64,000 nucleotides of DNA from Hemiscyllium ocellatum. Taxonomy: Eukaryota. Position 1 is the first letter of the stretch. Every line of letters begins with the position of its first letter. The stretch covers positions 3,348,001-3,412,000 of the forward strand of contig NC_083428.1 in the NCBI RefSeq assembly GCF_020745735.1, written 5' to 3'. The notes beneath the pieces were generated by a model. It was not told the origin of the DNA and did no database searches. It was given only the letters and a program-made list of their open reading frames with translations. Positions 34,401 to 47,562 of this stretch are shown one piece after another. The position numbers and the translations under genes were made by a program.

Positions 34401-36200
34401 GAGAATGTTAAGAGGGGATTTGATCCAAGATTTCAAAATCATCAGGTGCCTCTAAAGAGTAAATAGAGAGAAACTGTTCCACCCAAAAACAGATTGGGTT
34501 CACAGGGCAGAGTTTTAAAGTGATTTGCAAAAGAAGCAAATGTGAGGTGAGAGAACCCTTTTTCAGATTTTAGAGTGTATTATTAAGGATGAGATTGCAG
34601 AGTATTTGGGAGTACACGGTAATATCGGGTGGGATCAGCAGGGCTTTGTCAAGGGGAGGCTACGCCTGATAAATCTGTTAGAATTCTTTGTGGTAACAAG
34701 CAAGTTAGATAAAGGAGAGCCAGTGGACATGATCTGTTTAGATTTCCAGAAGACCTTTGACAAGGTGTCATACAGAAGACTGCTGAATAAGACCCCAGTC
34801 CATGCTGTTAGGGGCATGGATAGAGGAGTGGTTGGCATTAGCAGAATGATGTGGAGATGCCAGTGTTGGACTGGGGTGGACAAAGTCTGAAGTCACTTCA
34901 CCTGATGAAGGAGCAGTGCTCTGAAAGCTGGTGATTTCAAATAAACCTGTTGGACAATAACCTGGAGTCATGTGACTTATGACTTTGGCAGGAGTCAGAG
35001 TGTGTGGATAGAGGGTTCTTTTTCAAGATAGCAGCAGTGACTAGTGAAGTTCTGCAGGAGCCAGTATTGGGACCTCAACTATTCACATTATATATTAACG
35101 AAGGAACTGCGAGTATTGTTGTTAAGTTGCAGATGATACAAAGATAGGTGGGAGGGACAACTAGTGTTGAGAAAATGGGGAGGCTGCAAAAAGATTTTGA
35201 ATAGGCTTGGAGTGGGAAAAGAAGTGGCAGAGGGAACACAATGTGGAAAAGTGAGAATGTGTGCACTTTGGTAGGAAGAATAGCAGCGTAGTCTATTTTC
35301 TAAATTGTGAAAGGCTTTGGAAAGTCTAAGAGAGTCCTAGTTCAGACTTCTGTTAAGGTTAACCTGAAGGTTCAGTCAGCAATTAGGAAAGGAAATGCAA
35401 TGTTAATATTCACTTGGAGAGGTTGTAGCTTACAAGAGCAGGGATGTGCTGCTGAAGCTGAATCTGCCTCTGGTCAGATGGCACTTGGAATATTGTGAGT
35501 AGTTTTGGACCATGTATATAAGGAAGGATGTGCTGGATGTGGAAGGAATCCAGAGGCAGTTCACAGGAATGATCCCAGGCCTGAAGAGCTTGTAATATGA
35601 CAAACAGTTGAGGACCCAAGTCTATACTTGATGGAATTTAGAAGGATGTGGGGATCTGATTGAAATTATAGAATACTGAGGGGCCTGGATAGAGTGGATG
35701 TGAAGACGATGTTTCCACGAATAGGAGAGACTTGGACCCCAAGGACACAGCATCAGTGATGGGGTGACCTTTTAGAACTGAGATGTGGAGAAATTGAGTG
35801 TGATGAAGCTGTAGAAACCATTGCCATAGAAGGCTGGAGAGACCAAGTCACTCTCTTTAAGACAGAGATAGATAGCTTCCTGATTAGTAGCAGGAGGAAG
35901 TTGGAGAAACATATTAGCCATGATCAAAGATGGAGCAATCATGATTGGCTGAATGGCCTAATTCTTCCCCTGTATCTTATGGTCTCATGTTCTAAGTTAA
36001 GGCATGGAATGCACTGCCTGGAAACGTGGTAGAGGCCAGTTCAATTGGAGCATTCAAGAGGGGCAATAGATAGTTATTTAAATAGAAGCAGTGTGCAGTG
36101 TTGTGGGGGAAAAGCAAGAGGTTGGCATTACGTTAAAATGCTCAGAGAGCCAATCTAGATACAGTGGGTGGAATGGGCTGCCTTTACTGTCACAAATCTG
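31420..36200. mobile_element. Cluster of nested, degenerate CR1 LINE fragments in BABAM1 intron 6
   Basis: RT motifs such as QQGFVKGR, LDFQKTFDKV and KFVDNT; multiple CR1 tails on both strands. Confidence 0.75.
33487..33715. mobile_element. Palindromic Penelope-like element (family B) with hammerhead-like core
   Basis: TSD agaacttcaaa at 33476-33486 and 33716-33726; CTGATGA-aggagc...GAAA at 33597-33621; relatives at about 34130-34185 and 34845-34985. Confidence 0.7.
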
Positions 36201-36382
36201 TAATAGTTGCAGTCCCTTTAGTGAAACATTCTGAGATGTTTAACTGGTCAGTGAACGGCGAATTTAGTTTCTACTGTAAAGAAAAACATTTGTATTAGGA
36301 GCCAGTCTGTTAGTCAGTGTGACTCTCACACTTTACTCAATGTTTAATAAAATCTTTGCATTTTCTTCATTTCTTTCCTCAG

Positions 36383-36469
36383 AAAATTCTGCAATCTCCT
36401 TACTTTTTCTTTGACACGATTTACATTCACAACGGCCCTGAGGAAATGGACGAAGACTCCAGCTGTAAG
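36383..36469 (+). CDS. BABAM1: BABAM1 exon 7 (KILQSPYFFFDTIYIHNGPEEMDEDSSCK)
   Basis: ctcAG acceptor, GTCGGG donor; conserved PYFFFD.YIHNG. Confidence 0.95.
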
Positions 36470-37133
36470 GTCGGGTGTGTTTTGTTATTTTGTGTATGCT
36501 ATCTCATGCTTTTTTTTCTTTTCTGCTCCTATGCTCACTCGGTTTCTGTTGTTTTTAACCAATTTGGTACAGGTGTTCTCCTCAGGGATGAATATTAATG
36601 CAGCATCTTCAGAGTGTCACTAGGTCCCACATTCCTTCAACACCAAAGAAGTACTTTTCAAATGTAGTCACAATTGGAGATGAACACAGTCGCCAAGTTG
36701 TAGCCACTAAAATTTCTCAAACGGTGAATGGATAAATGATCTGTTAATCTCTTGTTTGTTTTTTTTTCAGCTCAGGATTAAACATTGGTTATAAATTTTG
36801 GGCGAGCTCTTTTGCTGTTGTGCTAGTAGTACCATGGGATCTCTTCCGTCCATCTGCGAGAGCAGGCGGAGTCTTGGTTTTCTGTCTTTCCCCCACCTGA
36901 CAGTGCAATATGGTACTGCCCTGCGAAGGGTCAGTCCATGTCATTGGAGTGGGGAGCACGACCATAAAACTTTGACCTGCTTATTATCCTAATTCTTAGA
37001 ATTATCCTAATGCTAAGAATATATAGTGAAGCAGAAAATATAATTGCCATCAATACAATTCCTGTTATCACAGTTAATTTTTTTTGGGAGATTCCAGAAT
37101 GCACATTTAATTTTTGAATTTTTTGTTGTACAG

Positions 37134-37334
37134 GAAGTTTGTTTGTTTTTCAATAACCTGGACACAAAGGGGACCAGCTACAAGTATGATGTGTCACTCG
37201 CTGGACAGGCTGTGGAACTGCACAACTGCATGGCCAAGTTACTCGCACACCCGCTGCAGAGGCCAGTCCAAATGCATGCGGTTTATAGCCTGCTTGAAGA
37301 TGAGGAAGGAGTAGAAGTAGAAGCAACTGTTTGA
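37134..37334 (+). CDS. BABAM1: BABAM1 last coding exon (...LDTKGTSYKY...LLAHPLQRP...VEVEATV*)
   Basis: tacAG acceptor; TGA at 37332-37334; C-terminus matches human IEVEATV; spliced total 455 aa. Confidence 0.95.
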   Translation, partial: EVCLFFNNLDTKGTSYKYDVSLAGQAVELHNCMAKLLAHPLQRPVQMHAVYSLLEDEEGVEVEATV

Positions 37335-38516
37335 CAGGGGAACATGACAAGGGAAGTGAACTAAGATTCTCTCTCTATCTGTACATTAGGAAAGTTTCTG
37401 TGTGGGTCAGGGTGATTACGCTGTCTTGGTTACAGTTGACGTGCAAGTGTTTACTCCAGAGAAACTCAGATCCTTAATAAATCTGAGTGTTCCTTCAGTT
37501 GAATCGTCAATAATGCACGATCAACTTTATCATGAAGCTGTTTCGTCCCTTCAGTTCCAAGTGGATTATTCTGATTTTATGGGTTGAATTCAGCCTATAA
37601 TAACTCATGACACTTTCCTGTGAAACTGGAGATCAGCACGGTTGAAGCAGTGCTGCTGCTGAGTATCGTTGGTAAATTGGCATCAAAACATAATGGGACA
37701 GATTTTCACAAATGAGTGCACTCCAACACTGGCAATCTGGATTATTCCCCGACGAATGCAGCCACCTCACCCCAGCTCTGTCTAGGGTTACACAGTAATG
37801 GACATCTATCTATAATGCTGTTGAAGAAGAGCAGTAGAGTGCAGACCAGTCTCTAGTCCAATGTTTATCCCTTAATCAGCATCAATAAAAATACAGATAT
37901 TCTGCCTCCTGTCATATAGCTGATGGGATGTTGTGCTCAAAGTGGCTGCCACATTTCTGCACATGAAAACAGTGACTGTGCTGGAATGGCTGTAAGAGTT
38001 TTATATAGGTGCCTGATCCTGTAATTCCAGTGAATTCTGGCTTTGGCTAGATGTGTCATTTAGTGCCACATTGGGTACTTGTGCATTGAAGGGCTTTCCT
38101 TGCTGTCACATTAAGAGGTTGAGCCGTGGCATGAAGAGGATCCTCACTTCCTGCAGACTACAGATTATGATGGAACACTTTGCCTTCAGGATCTTCTCCA
38201 GAGATTTGAGCTCATAACCTCACTGTGTCAGGCTAGGACATGGTATTCAACCAGGATCTTGTCTGCCGATTCCAGTTGATGTTCAAGATTTAATGGGACT
38301 ATTGGATAAAGACCACGGAGGCCTCTAACATCTGGTTCACTCTTGAAGCATGCAAACTGGCCAATGTGCCATTCCAGTGTGTTTGTGACAGTACTGTGTG
38401 TCATGGCTGCTGTGTTGACAAACTCATTAGATGTGAAGGGTTTCAAATGGTTTAAACCACACAATTTTGTTGAAGGAAAACATTCATTGCTAATTTCTGT
38501 TTGCTCTTAACAAGGA

Positions 38517-38522
38517 AATAAA
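38517..38522 (+). terminator. Candidate BABAM1 polyA signal AATAAA (a proximal one lies at 37476-37481)
   Basis: AATAAA followed by a GT/T-rich downstream element. Confidence 0.45.
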
Positions 38523-40599
38523 GTTACTGAAAGTGTTTTCTGTATCTTCAACGTTATACAAATGTTTTTAAAAAATAGATATTCCAGCTCCATGTCATAT
38601 GAGTGTCCTCCTAATCCTCCTCTTCTATTCCTTTGTATTGTGTGTTTATTTCACTTCGAGTACTTTAACTTGTCTTACTAATTGCTGGTGTATAACACCA
38701 CAAACAAATCTGAATGGTTGGTCTGACACTCTCATCCTCCTGCTGGGCTCTGCCAGCGATGGTGGTGGAGTGAGAACTGAAGGATTTTTTTATTTATAGG
38801 TAAGATAGGTATTGATGGAGGGGTCAGCATTTCTTGCCCATCCCTAATTATCCTTGAACTGAATGGCTTACTCTGGCCATTCCAGAGGGAAGTTAACCGT
38901 GAACCACATTGCTGAGAATCTGGAGTTACAAAAAGGTGGAATGAAGTAATAATGGCAGATTTTCTTCCCTAAAGGACATAGCACCGACAGATTGGTACAA
39001 TAATTGATTATTATTTCACGATCATCATTCCTAAATTTCATATTCCAGACTTAATTAATTGAATGTAACACTAGCTGCCATGATGGTATTTGAATCCATG
39101 ACCTTGATTAGTCTGGGCCTCTGAATAATCAGACAGTGCCATTACTTCTTTGTTACTGTCTTTCCATTGAAGGTGATATAACGTTGGCTTAAGTTGCAGT
39201 GATGAAATGTGACAAGGCTATGGTGCTGCTTATAGAGTGAGTAGTTGATTGGGAGTGTTGTACTTTCAATAGAGAAGTGTATTTATTGCTGTTTAAGGAG
39301 AGACAGTGAGCCATTTAGGAGAGTGGCGCTGGTGAGATTTTTCATATTGGATCCAGGAAGAGAGATCACCAGATAATACCAGAGAAGAAAGGCTATTCAG
39401 TAGGGGATCCTAAAATTCCTTTACACTGCAGAAGTCGATTGCTTCTTAAGCACAAACATGTGAAATAGGAGCTGAGGTGCCCCGAGCCTGCATTCATAAG
39501 ATTGTGGCTGATCTGATTGTGTTTTGAATTCCACATTCCCATCTAGCCTCAATAACTCTTGATTGCCCAACTTAACCACATCTATCCACTGGTCTACAAA
39601 ATATTCAATGACCCTACCTCCATCACCATCTGAAGCAGAGGTCCAAAGTCTCTCAACCCTCCAAGATTCATTTCTTGCTGACCTGAATTTGTCTTGTATT
39701 AGGTTTGGATTGTGCTATATGCAATTCAAAGTACATTTGCAAACGTGTCTTGTGTATTAGGGGTCATTTGGCTACATGGCCATTTTGTGATGCAGAGTGA
39801 CACCAACAGTGTGAGTTCAATTTCTGCACCAGCTAATGTTATTATGAAGTATTCTCCTTCTCAACTACTCCCCTTGCCTGAGGTATGGTGACTCAGGTTA
39901 AACCACCACCAGTTGTGTGTCTCTCTCCCACTCGTGAAAGAGCAGCCTTGTGGTCTGGTAAGACTGTGATAACTTTACCCTTTGGTGTAGTAATGACCTT
40001 GGTTTAGTCATGGTACACTTACTGATAGATCTTGGCTATTCCAGAGACCTGAGCATGTAATCTGTGCTGCACTGTTGGATATATCATGGACAATGAAGTA
40101 GGAGAGTTGCAATATCTTATTAGACCACATCGCGAATGCCTGAAGTGGCTGGGGCTTATGCCTTTGAAAAGGTTTATTGGCCTACTGAGTACAACACAGA
40201 TTGAGCTGAAAGTTGCCATGTTTCAAGGGTTAGTCTAGAAACGGTAGTTACATAAATCAAGCTTATTTCTCAAAAAGAACAAGGTGTGGGATGATTTGAT
40301 TGAATCCTGTAGAATTTTAAAAATAATCAATATGTCAATAGAAACTTTATAGTTCAAGGGAATATAGCTTTAAAATCTCCTTTTGACCTACAGCAGGGCT
40401 GTGGGAGGTTAATGAGTGGAGACCCTATCAATGGTGGGGGGATTTAGACCTATACAGATTGCTAAAAGAAGAAAATATTTGCATGGTGTAAAATGGAACA
40501 AAGTACAAGAAGAAATTAAATAACTGGATATGTATCACAACTGGGAATGGGTCAAGACAATGTGTTAGGGTTTCCTATTGTATCTGGGGTCGTTGAACA

Positions 40600-40939
40600 T
40601 AGTGTCTACTGGGAGTTGTCGTTTCTGTGTACTTCCGTCTGTTGAGATCGGAAGTGGGTTTTGTCCCACCGGGACTACAACGCCCAGAATGCATAGTGGC
40701 TGTCCAATAGAATGGTTGGGTTATATCACGTGCCTCACCAGAAATGCCGTCAAACCGGCGCAGCTAAACTTGATGGCAGCAGGACGGTTTTGATTGACGG
40801 GCACGCTATCCAATGGATGTACGCGTTCTCGACGCTAGTCGCTAACCGACCAATGGGCGCCGGTACGGGAGTAGGCGGGCCTGGCGTGGCAGGTGCAGCA
40901 GGTTTGTGTGAAGCGCAGAGTGATGCGGAGCTCGGGAAG
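40600..40939 (+). promoter_or_regulatory. DDA1 CpG-island promoter and 5'UTR
   Basis: ZNF143-type ACTACAACGCCCAGAATGCA at 40674-40693; ETS-like sites at 40631 and 40649; CCAAT at 40704, 40810 and 40850; CACGTG at 40727. Confidence 0.75.
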
Positions 40940-40942
40940 ATG
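40940..40942 (+). CDS. DDA1: DDA1 exon 1 coding part (ATG only)
   Basis: aagATG|GTGAGT; supplies Met for ADFLKGLP. Confidence 0.85.
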
Positions 40943-41099
40943 GTGAGTGAAGCGGGGAGAGATAGAGAGAGTAGCTGGAGCCAGGAGGCTGCAGCCCGGG
41001 CCCAGCCCTCCGCAGGACATCCACCGAATCGCGTCGACTCGGTGGTTCGGATATAACGCTGGGAAACCACGCAGAGGGCCGAGGGGAGCGTCCCCAGGC

Positions 41100-44000
41100 A
41101 GGGGGTGGGGGAGGGGAGGAGAGGAGGAGGAGACATTGGGGTAGGGGAGTGGGAGGTGGGGGTAGGGGGGTGGGGATACGGGGTTGGGAGTGGGGTGGGG
41201 ATGTGGGGGTGGGGATGTGGGGGTGGGGGTGGGGATGGGGGCTAGGGGATGGGGGTGAGGGGATGGGGGTGAGGGGATGGGGGTGAGGGTGGGGGTAGGG
41301 AGGGGGTGAGGATGGGGATGGGGAGGCGGAGATTGGGGTGGGGTGGGGAGGGGGTGAGGATCGGGGTGTGGGGGTGGAGATTGGGGTAGGGGCGGGAATG
41401 GGGGTGAGGGTGGGGTGGGGTTGGGGGTGGAGATTGGGGTGGGGGTGGGGATGGGGGGGTGGAGATTGGGGTGGGGGCGGGGCGGGGATGGGTGTGAGGG
41501 TGGGGTGGGGTTGATGGCGGAGATTGGGGTGGGGGTGGGGATGGGGGGGTGGAGATTGGGGTGGGGAGGGGGTGAGGATGGGGGTGTGGGGGCGGAGATT
41601 GGGGTGGGGGTGTGGGGGCGGAGATTGGGGTGGGGGTGTGGGGGCGGAGATTGGGGTGGGGATGGGGAGGCGGAGATTGGGGTGGGGATGGGGAGGCGGA
41701 GATTGGGGTGGGGATGGGGAGGCGGAGATTGGGGTGGGGATGGGGAGGCGGAGATTGGGGTGGGGGTGGGGATGGGGAGGCGGAGATTGGGGTGGGGAGG
41801 CGGAGATTGGGGTGGGGGTGGGAGAGGAGGAGATTGGGGTGGGGGCGGGGATGGGTGGGGGGCGGAGATTGGGGTGGGGGCGTGGATGGGTGGGGGGCGG
41901 AGATTGGGGTGGGGGCGGGGATGGGGGTGAAGGTGGGGTGGGGTTGGGGGTGGAGATTGGGGTGGGGGTGGGGGAGGGGGCGGGGATGGGTGTGAGGGTG
42001 GGGTGGGGTTGAGGCGGAGATTGGGGTGGGGGTGGGGTGAGGGTGGGGATGGGGGGGTGGAGATTGGGGTGGGGAGGAGGTGAGGATGGGGGTGTGGGGG
42101 CGGAGATTGGGGTGGGGATGGGGAGGCGGAGGCGGAGATTGGGGTGGGGGTGGGGATGGGAGAGGTGGAGATTGGGGTGGGGGTGGGGGGGGCGGAGATT
42201 GGGGTGGGGGGTGGGGAGGGGGGCGGAGATTGGGGTGGGGGTGGGGAGGGGGGCGGAGATTGGGGTGGGGTGGGGGGGGGGTGGGGATGTGTGGGGGTGG
42301 AGATTGGGGAGGGGCGGGGAGGGGGTGGGGTGGGGGGGGGATTGGGGGGGGGGGTGGGGTGGGGGGGTGGGGGTGGGGGTGGGGGGGTGGGTGGGGTGGG
42401 GGGTGGAGATTGGGGTGGGGGCTGGGGGCGGGGGCGGGGATGGGTGTGGGGGTGGGGNNNNNNNNNNNNNNNNNNNNNNNNNNNNNNNNNNNNNNNNNNN
42501 NNNNNNNNNNNNNNNNNNNNNNNNNNNNNNNNNNNNNNNNNNNNNNNNNNNNNNNNNGGGGGAGCGGAGATTGGGGTGGGGGTGGGGATGGGGGGCGGAG
42601 ATTGGGGTGGGGGTGGGGTGGGGATGGGGGGGTGGGGGTGGGGATGGGGGGCGGAGATTGGGGTGGGGGTGGGGATGGGGGTGCGGAGATTGGGGTGGGG
42701 GTGGGGATGGGGGTGCGGAGATTGGGGTGGGGATGGGGGTGCGGAGATTGGGGTGGGGGTGGGGATGGGGGGGCGGAGATGGGGGTGGGGTGGGGATGGG
42801 GGTGAGGGTGGGGTGGGGATGGGGATGGGGGGGAGGGGATGGGGGTGGGGACGGGGGTGGGGGTGGGGATGGGGGTGAGGGTGGGGTGGGGTTGAGGGCG
42901 GAGATTGGGGTGGGGGTGGGGATGGGGGTGAGGGTGGGGTGGGGATGTGGGTGGGGGTGTGGGGATGTGGGTGGGTGGGATGGGGATGTGGGATGGGGAT
43001 GTGGGGTGGGGATGTGGGTGGGGTGGGGATGGGGATGTGGGTGGGGTAGGGGTTGGGTGGGGTTGGGGGTAGGGGTGGGTGGGTGGGGTTGGGGGTAGGG
43101 TTGGGGGTAGGGGTGTGGGGATGGGGGTAGGGGGTGGGTGGGGATGGGGGTAGGGGTGTGGGGTGGGGGGTAGGGGTGTGGGGTAGGGGGGTGGGGATGG
43201 GGGTAGGGGTGTGGGGTAGGGGGTGGGGATGGGGGTAGGGAGTGGGGATGGGGGTGGGGATGGGGTGGGTGGGGGTAGGGGGTGGGGATGGGGTGGGTGG
43301 GGGTGGGGGTAGGGGGGTGGGGATGGGGTGGGTGGGGGTAGTGAAGGGGGGTGGGGTGTGGGTAGTGGAGGGGGGTGGGCTGGGGGAGAGGGAGAGGGTG
43401 GGGTGTGGGTAGTGGAGGGGGGTGGGGTGTGGGTAGTGGAGGGGGGTGGGGTGTGGGTAGTGGAGGGGGGGGGTGGGTGGGGTGTGGGTAGTGGAGGGGG
43501 GTGGGGTGTGGGTAGTGGAGGGGTGTGGGCTGGGGTAAGGGGTGGGTGGGGTGTGGGTAGTGGAGGGGTGTGGGCTGGGGGGAGGGAGGGGGTGGGGTGT
43601 GGGTAGTGGAGGGGTGTGGGCTGGGGGGAGGGAGGGGGTGGGGTGTGGGTAGTGAAGGGGGGTGGGGTGTGGGTAGTGGAGGGGGGTGGGGTGTGGGTAG
43701 TGGAGGGGGGTGGGCTGGGGGGGAGGGGGTGGGTGGGGTGTGGGTAGTGGAGGGGTGTGGGCTGGGGGAGGGGGGTAGGCTGGGGGGAGGGAGGGGTTGG
43801 GTTGAGGGTAGTGGAGGGGGGGTGGGGTGTGGGGAGGGAGGGGATGGGGTGTGGGTAGTGGACGGGGGTGGGGTGGGGGGGAGGGAGGGAGTGGGGTATG
43901 CAGTTGGGGGAGAGGTTTAGGCGTGGGGGTAGGGGTGTGTGCGGTGAGAAGTGGGAGGCAGGGAGAGAGGTGTGTGGTGAGGCTGGGGCAGTGGGAGGAG

Positions 44001-44230
44001 TGTGTGACGAGGTCGGGTAGGGAATTGTACTGGAAGGGCAGGGAGGGGTGTGTGGCAGGGGGAAGGCTCTGTGGCAAGGTGGGGAAAGGGGCATGTGGAG
44101 GTAGGGGATTACGGGGTTTGGATGTGCGAGGCAGGGGTGTGTGTTGAGGGAGTTGCGGGGGCGGTGGGGAGGGGAGTGAATAGGGTGGGAATGGGTGGGG
44201 AGTGAGGGGTTGGAGAAAGGAGTGGCGCTG
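41100..44230 (+). repeat. G-rich low-complexity satellite in DDA1 intron 1, with a 100-N gap at 42458-42557
   Basis: Units gcggagattggggtgggggtggggatgggg, then gggtgtgggtagtggagggg. Confidence 0.95.
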
Positions 44231-44301
44231 GGGTGTAGGGGAAGCATGGTGTTCCAGTTCAGAAGCTTCCCTGTAGACTTATTATTTGTATCCAATTATA
44301 G

Positions 44302-44463
<162 letters not shown>

Positions 44464-46518
44464 TGAATCTGTGAACTAAAGAAATATTTGGAATGTGGAC
44501 AACAGTTTGTGTTAAATGGAAAACCTGGAAGTTAATTACAGGTTGGTTCCTGATCAAAAGGTTCTGCAGATGCTTCATCACTGTGCCTGTGTTATGTTTA
44601 AGCAGATAACAGAAGTTTGCTATTGATAAGGTCTGTCCCTGCGAATTGGTTCCAGCAAGTCTTGGGGGAAAAAGTCAGTCTGTCAGGGAGTGGTCACAGT
44701 TTGAATTAGGTTTTGGATTGTGTTTCTTTGAGAAGGAATCTGGCTGTTGATGCTGCAGCATGAGAATTTGAAAGTTCTCTGCATAACTTCCCTTATCAGC
44801 TCTTGGAAACACACAGAACCAAGTTTATAAGTATTACTGTCTTTATTTGTGTGAACTGAATGGTGGCACTAATTGACATATTCAGAAAATCATCCACGGA
44901 CCCATCATCTAAGCCTGTGGAACATGGAAACCACTAAAGCAAATCAGCCATTTTTGTTATTTTATTTATCCATTAACTGTGTTTGTCTTTTGTGTGAATG
45001 GGGCTGTAAGTACAGGTTTTGGCAGTGATAGCATCGGCCAGTCAGATTCCTTTTTGCTTAATTTTACAAAAGTTATTGTGAATAAATTGTTCTGTCATTT
45101 GTTAAAGCGACAAGCCAGTGTCTGGAATTGATTGTTTGTAGTCTCTGGGTTCGTTATTCAAAAGTTGGATTAGGGACCAATGAGATCAATTTTGAGGGTC
45201 ATTGAAAGTTTTAATGACACTGTGTTGTGAGTACGGGGTTAGAAAGACTGGCTCGATTCAGCTGCCTGTCTACGCGTCATAACAAACCATCCAATGAGAG
45301 GACAGCAACTGCATTGCAGGTTAGAATCACTTTCCTAGTGCAATGTATTACAGGCCACTAATAGTGCTCTGCCAATGCTTTTGATTGCATTTAACTTTTT
45401 CCTCAAGTCCATTTGGATTGCACCATATACCTCAGCACAGAGGTTGGAAGTTTAGCACCCAGGTGCAGAGCATGTTCAATGACCCCTTGTTGTCAGTTGC
45501 CAGGAAAAATCCTAAGTTATTAGTAGTAGTTACAGATACTCCGTCCTTGACTCTGAAAACTTGAGTGAATATGGTTCAATGTGCGCCCCACCCTAACATC
45601 TGTGCACACCAAACCCAGGATCAGAAAAAAACCTGATTAAAGAGAAGAATTTCAATGAATATTTTAAAGGAGGAGAGAGATGGAGATGCTTAGAGAGGGA
45701 ATTCCATAGCTGAGGGCATGGCCACAAATGGTGGAGCAATGGAAATTGGAAATGTGTGCAATGGGTAAGAATTTGAGCAGTGCGGAGAACTTGGCTTGGG
45801 GGCTGATTACAGAGATAACCAGGGGCAAGGCCATTGAGCGATTTGAGCATGGAATTTTGAAGTTGAAAGCTTTGGAGAACAGTCAGTGAAAACAGTAATG
45901 ATGAGTGAGTGAATATTGTGTAAGTCAGAATCTGGGTGGTTATGGAGGGCTAAAAACTTGCTTGGAGTGCAGTGGAACAGATAAACCTGGAAGCAACAAA
46001 ACTGTGGGTGAGGACTTCAACATCACGAGCTGAAATAAGCGAGAGGTCAATACGAGTTGGAATAGCTGGTGTTGGCAATACATTAGGCGAGGGTCTGGCC
46101 AATAATAGCCTAAGCATAATTACAATTATGTGGCAGAGCCATTGAGGGTGGGTGTACCAATCAGGATCCATTAAGTAATGACAAAGCCCAGGGTTATTGA
46201 GGCAGGCAGAAAAGTGGAGTTGGAGCCAAACTTGGATCAGCCATGATTTTATCAGATGTTAGACCAGGCTCTCACTGCTGTGTAGACCGTCTCCAGCTCC
46301 TAATTTGTATGTAAACAATAGCTTCATATTTTTAGGGGTCCATGACAAAGGTTGAATTACTAGTGGGTGTGTTACACCCAGCAATGGGTGTGGCCTTAGT
46401 GACCGAATGTTTACTGGATTATCGTAGTTGATGGCCAGGGAAAATAACTTACCTTAAGAGCTTTAAATCTATGTTTCCAGTGAATTTTTAAAGTACAAAA
46501 TTTTTTTTTGGTTTGCAG

Positions 46519-46570
46519 AATAGACGGCCATCTGTGTACCTCCCAACGCGCGAATACCCATCCGAACAGA
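46519..46570 (+). CDS. DDA1: DDA1 exon 3 (NRRPSVYLPTREYPSEQ)
   Basis: tgcAG acceptor, GTGAGT donor. Confidence 0.97.
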
Positions 46571-47042
46571 GTGAGTGTTTGAAGTTTTGCTTTTTCAGTA
46601 AAATGGATCTTCCAGCAATGGTAGAGCGCTGGATGAATAGATTTGATTTGTACCTGATTCTCCTAGCTGGTAATGGTATGTTCTGTGTGGTCTCTCCCGA
46701 GTCAGAGCTACAACCACCTCCTCTTGATGAGTGAATCTCCTGACCTTTGTCTCATTCTGCGTCAGCGTTAATCTCACACTTGCATATATACTGTTACACC
46801 AATCACTATATGGTGTCTTCATTTTTACTGGTGCACCCTTGGGTTTGTGCAATGACCCTGTGCTAACCCTGTCTGTGGCCTTTGGTTCGAACTCACTTTG
46901 TGCGTAAGAACCTCGCAGCCAGCAATCTTCACCCCAACACTCTCAGCTGGATCTGAACCTGGATTCAATACTGTAAATCCTGCATTGACCCCACAGGACA
47001 ATTATCACCCCAGGCTTATTCCATTAAACTGTTTATAGATGA

Positions 47043-47159
<117 letters not shown>

Positions 47160-47314
47160 TAAGAGGTTTGAATGTTAGATGGGGGGTGCTGGGTAGGATA
47201 TCTAAGACAGCTTTTGATGTATGAATGGATGCCAGTACAGTGGTTGGAAATTTGCTGCATTCTTGGTTGTCATATGAGGGCCTGAGGCATTGGGTAAAAG
47301 ATGCTCCCTGTGTG

Positions 47315-47562
47315 GTGGCCCATATCCCTCCAAACCCTTCCTATTCATACAATCCATCCAAATGCCTCTTAAATGTTGCAATTGTACTAGCCTCCACTAC
47401 TTCCTCTGGCAGCTGATTCCATACCCGTACCACCCTCTGTGCGAAAAAGTTGCCCGTTAGGTCTCTTTTATATCTTCGCCCTCTCACCCTAAACCTATGC
47501 CCTCTAGTTCTGGACTCCCCGATCCCAGGGAAAAGACTTTGTCTATTTACCCTATCCATGCC
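47315..47562 (-). mobile_element. CR1 LINE fragment in DDA1 intron 4
   Basis: FFAQRVVRVWNQLPEEVVEA motif. Confidence 0.85.

Noticed and set aside
40835-44295. 1080-aa and 1017-aa Pro/His-rich ORFs and Gly/Trp-rich ORFs
   Set aside because: Artefacts of the G-rich repeat in DDA1 intron 1; they span an N gap and are open in several frames.
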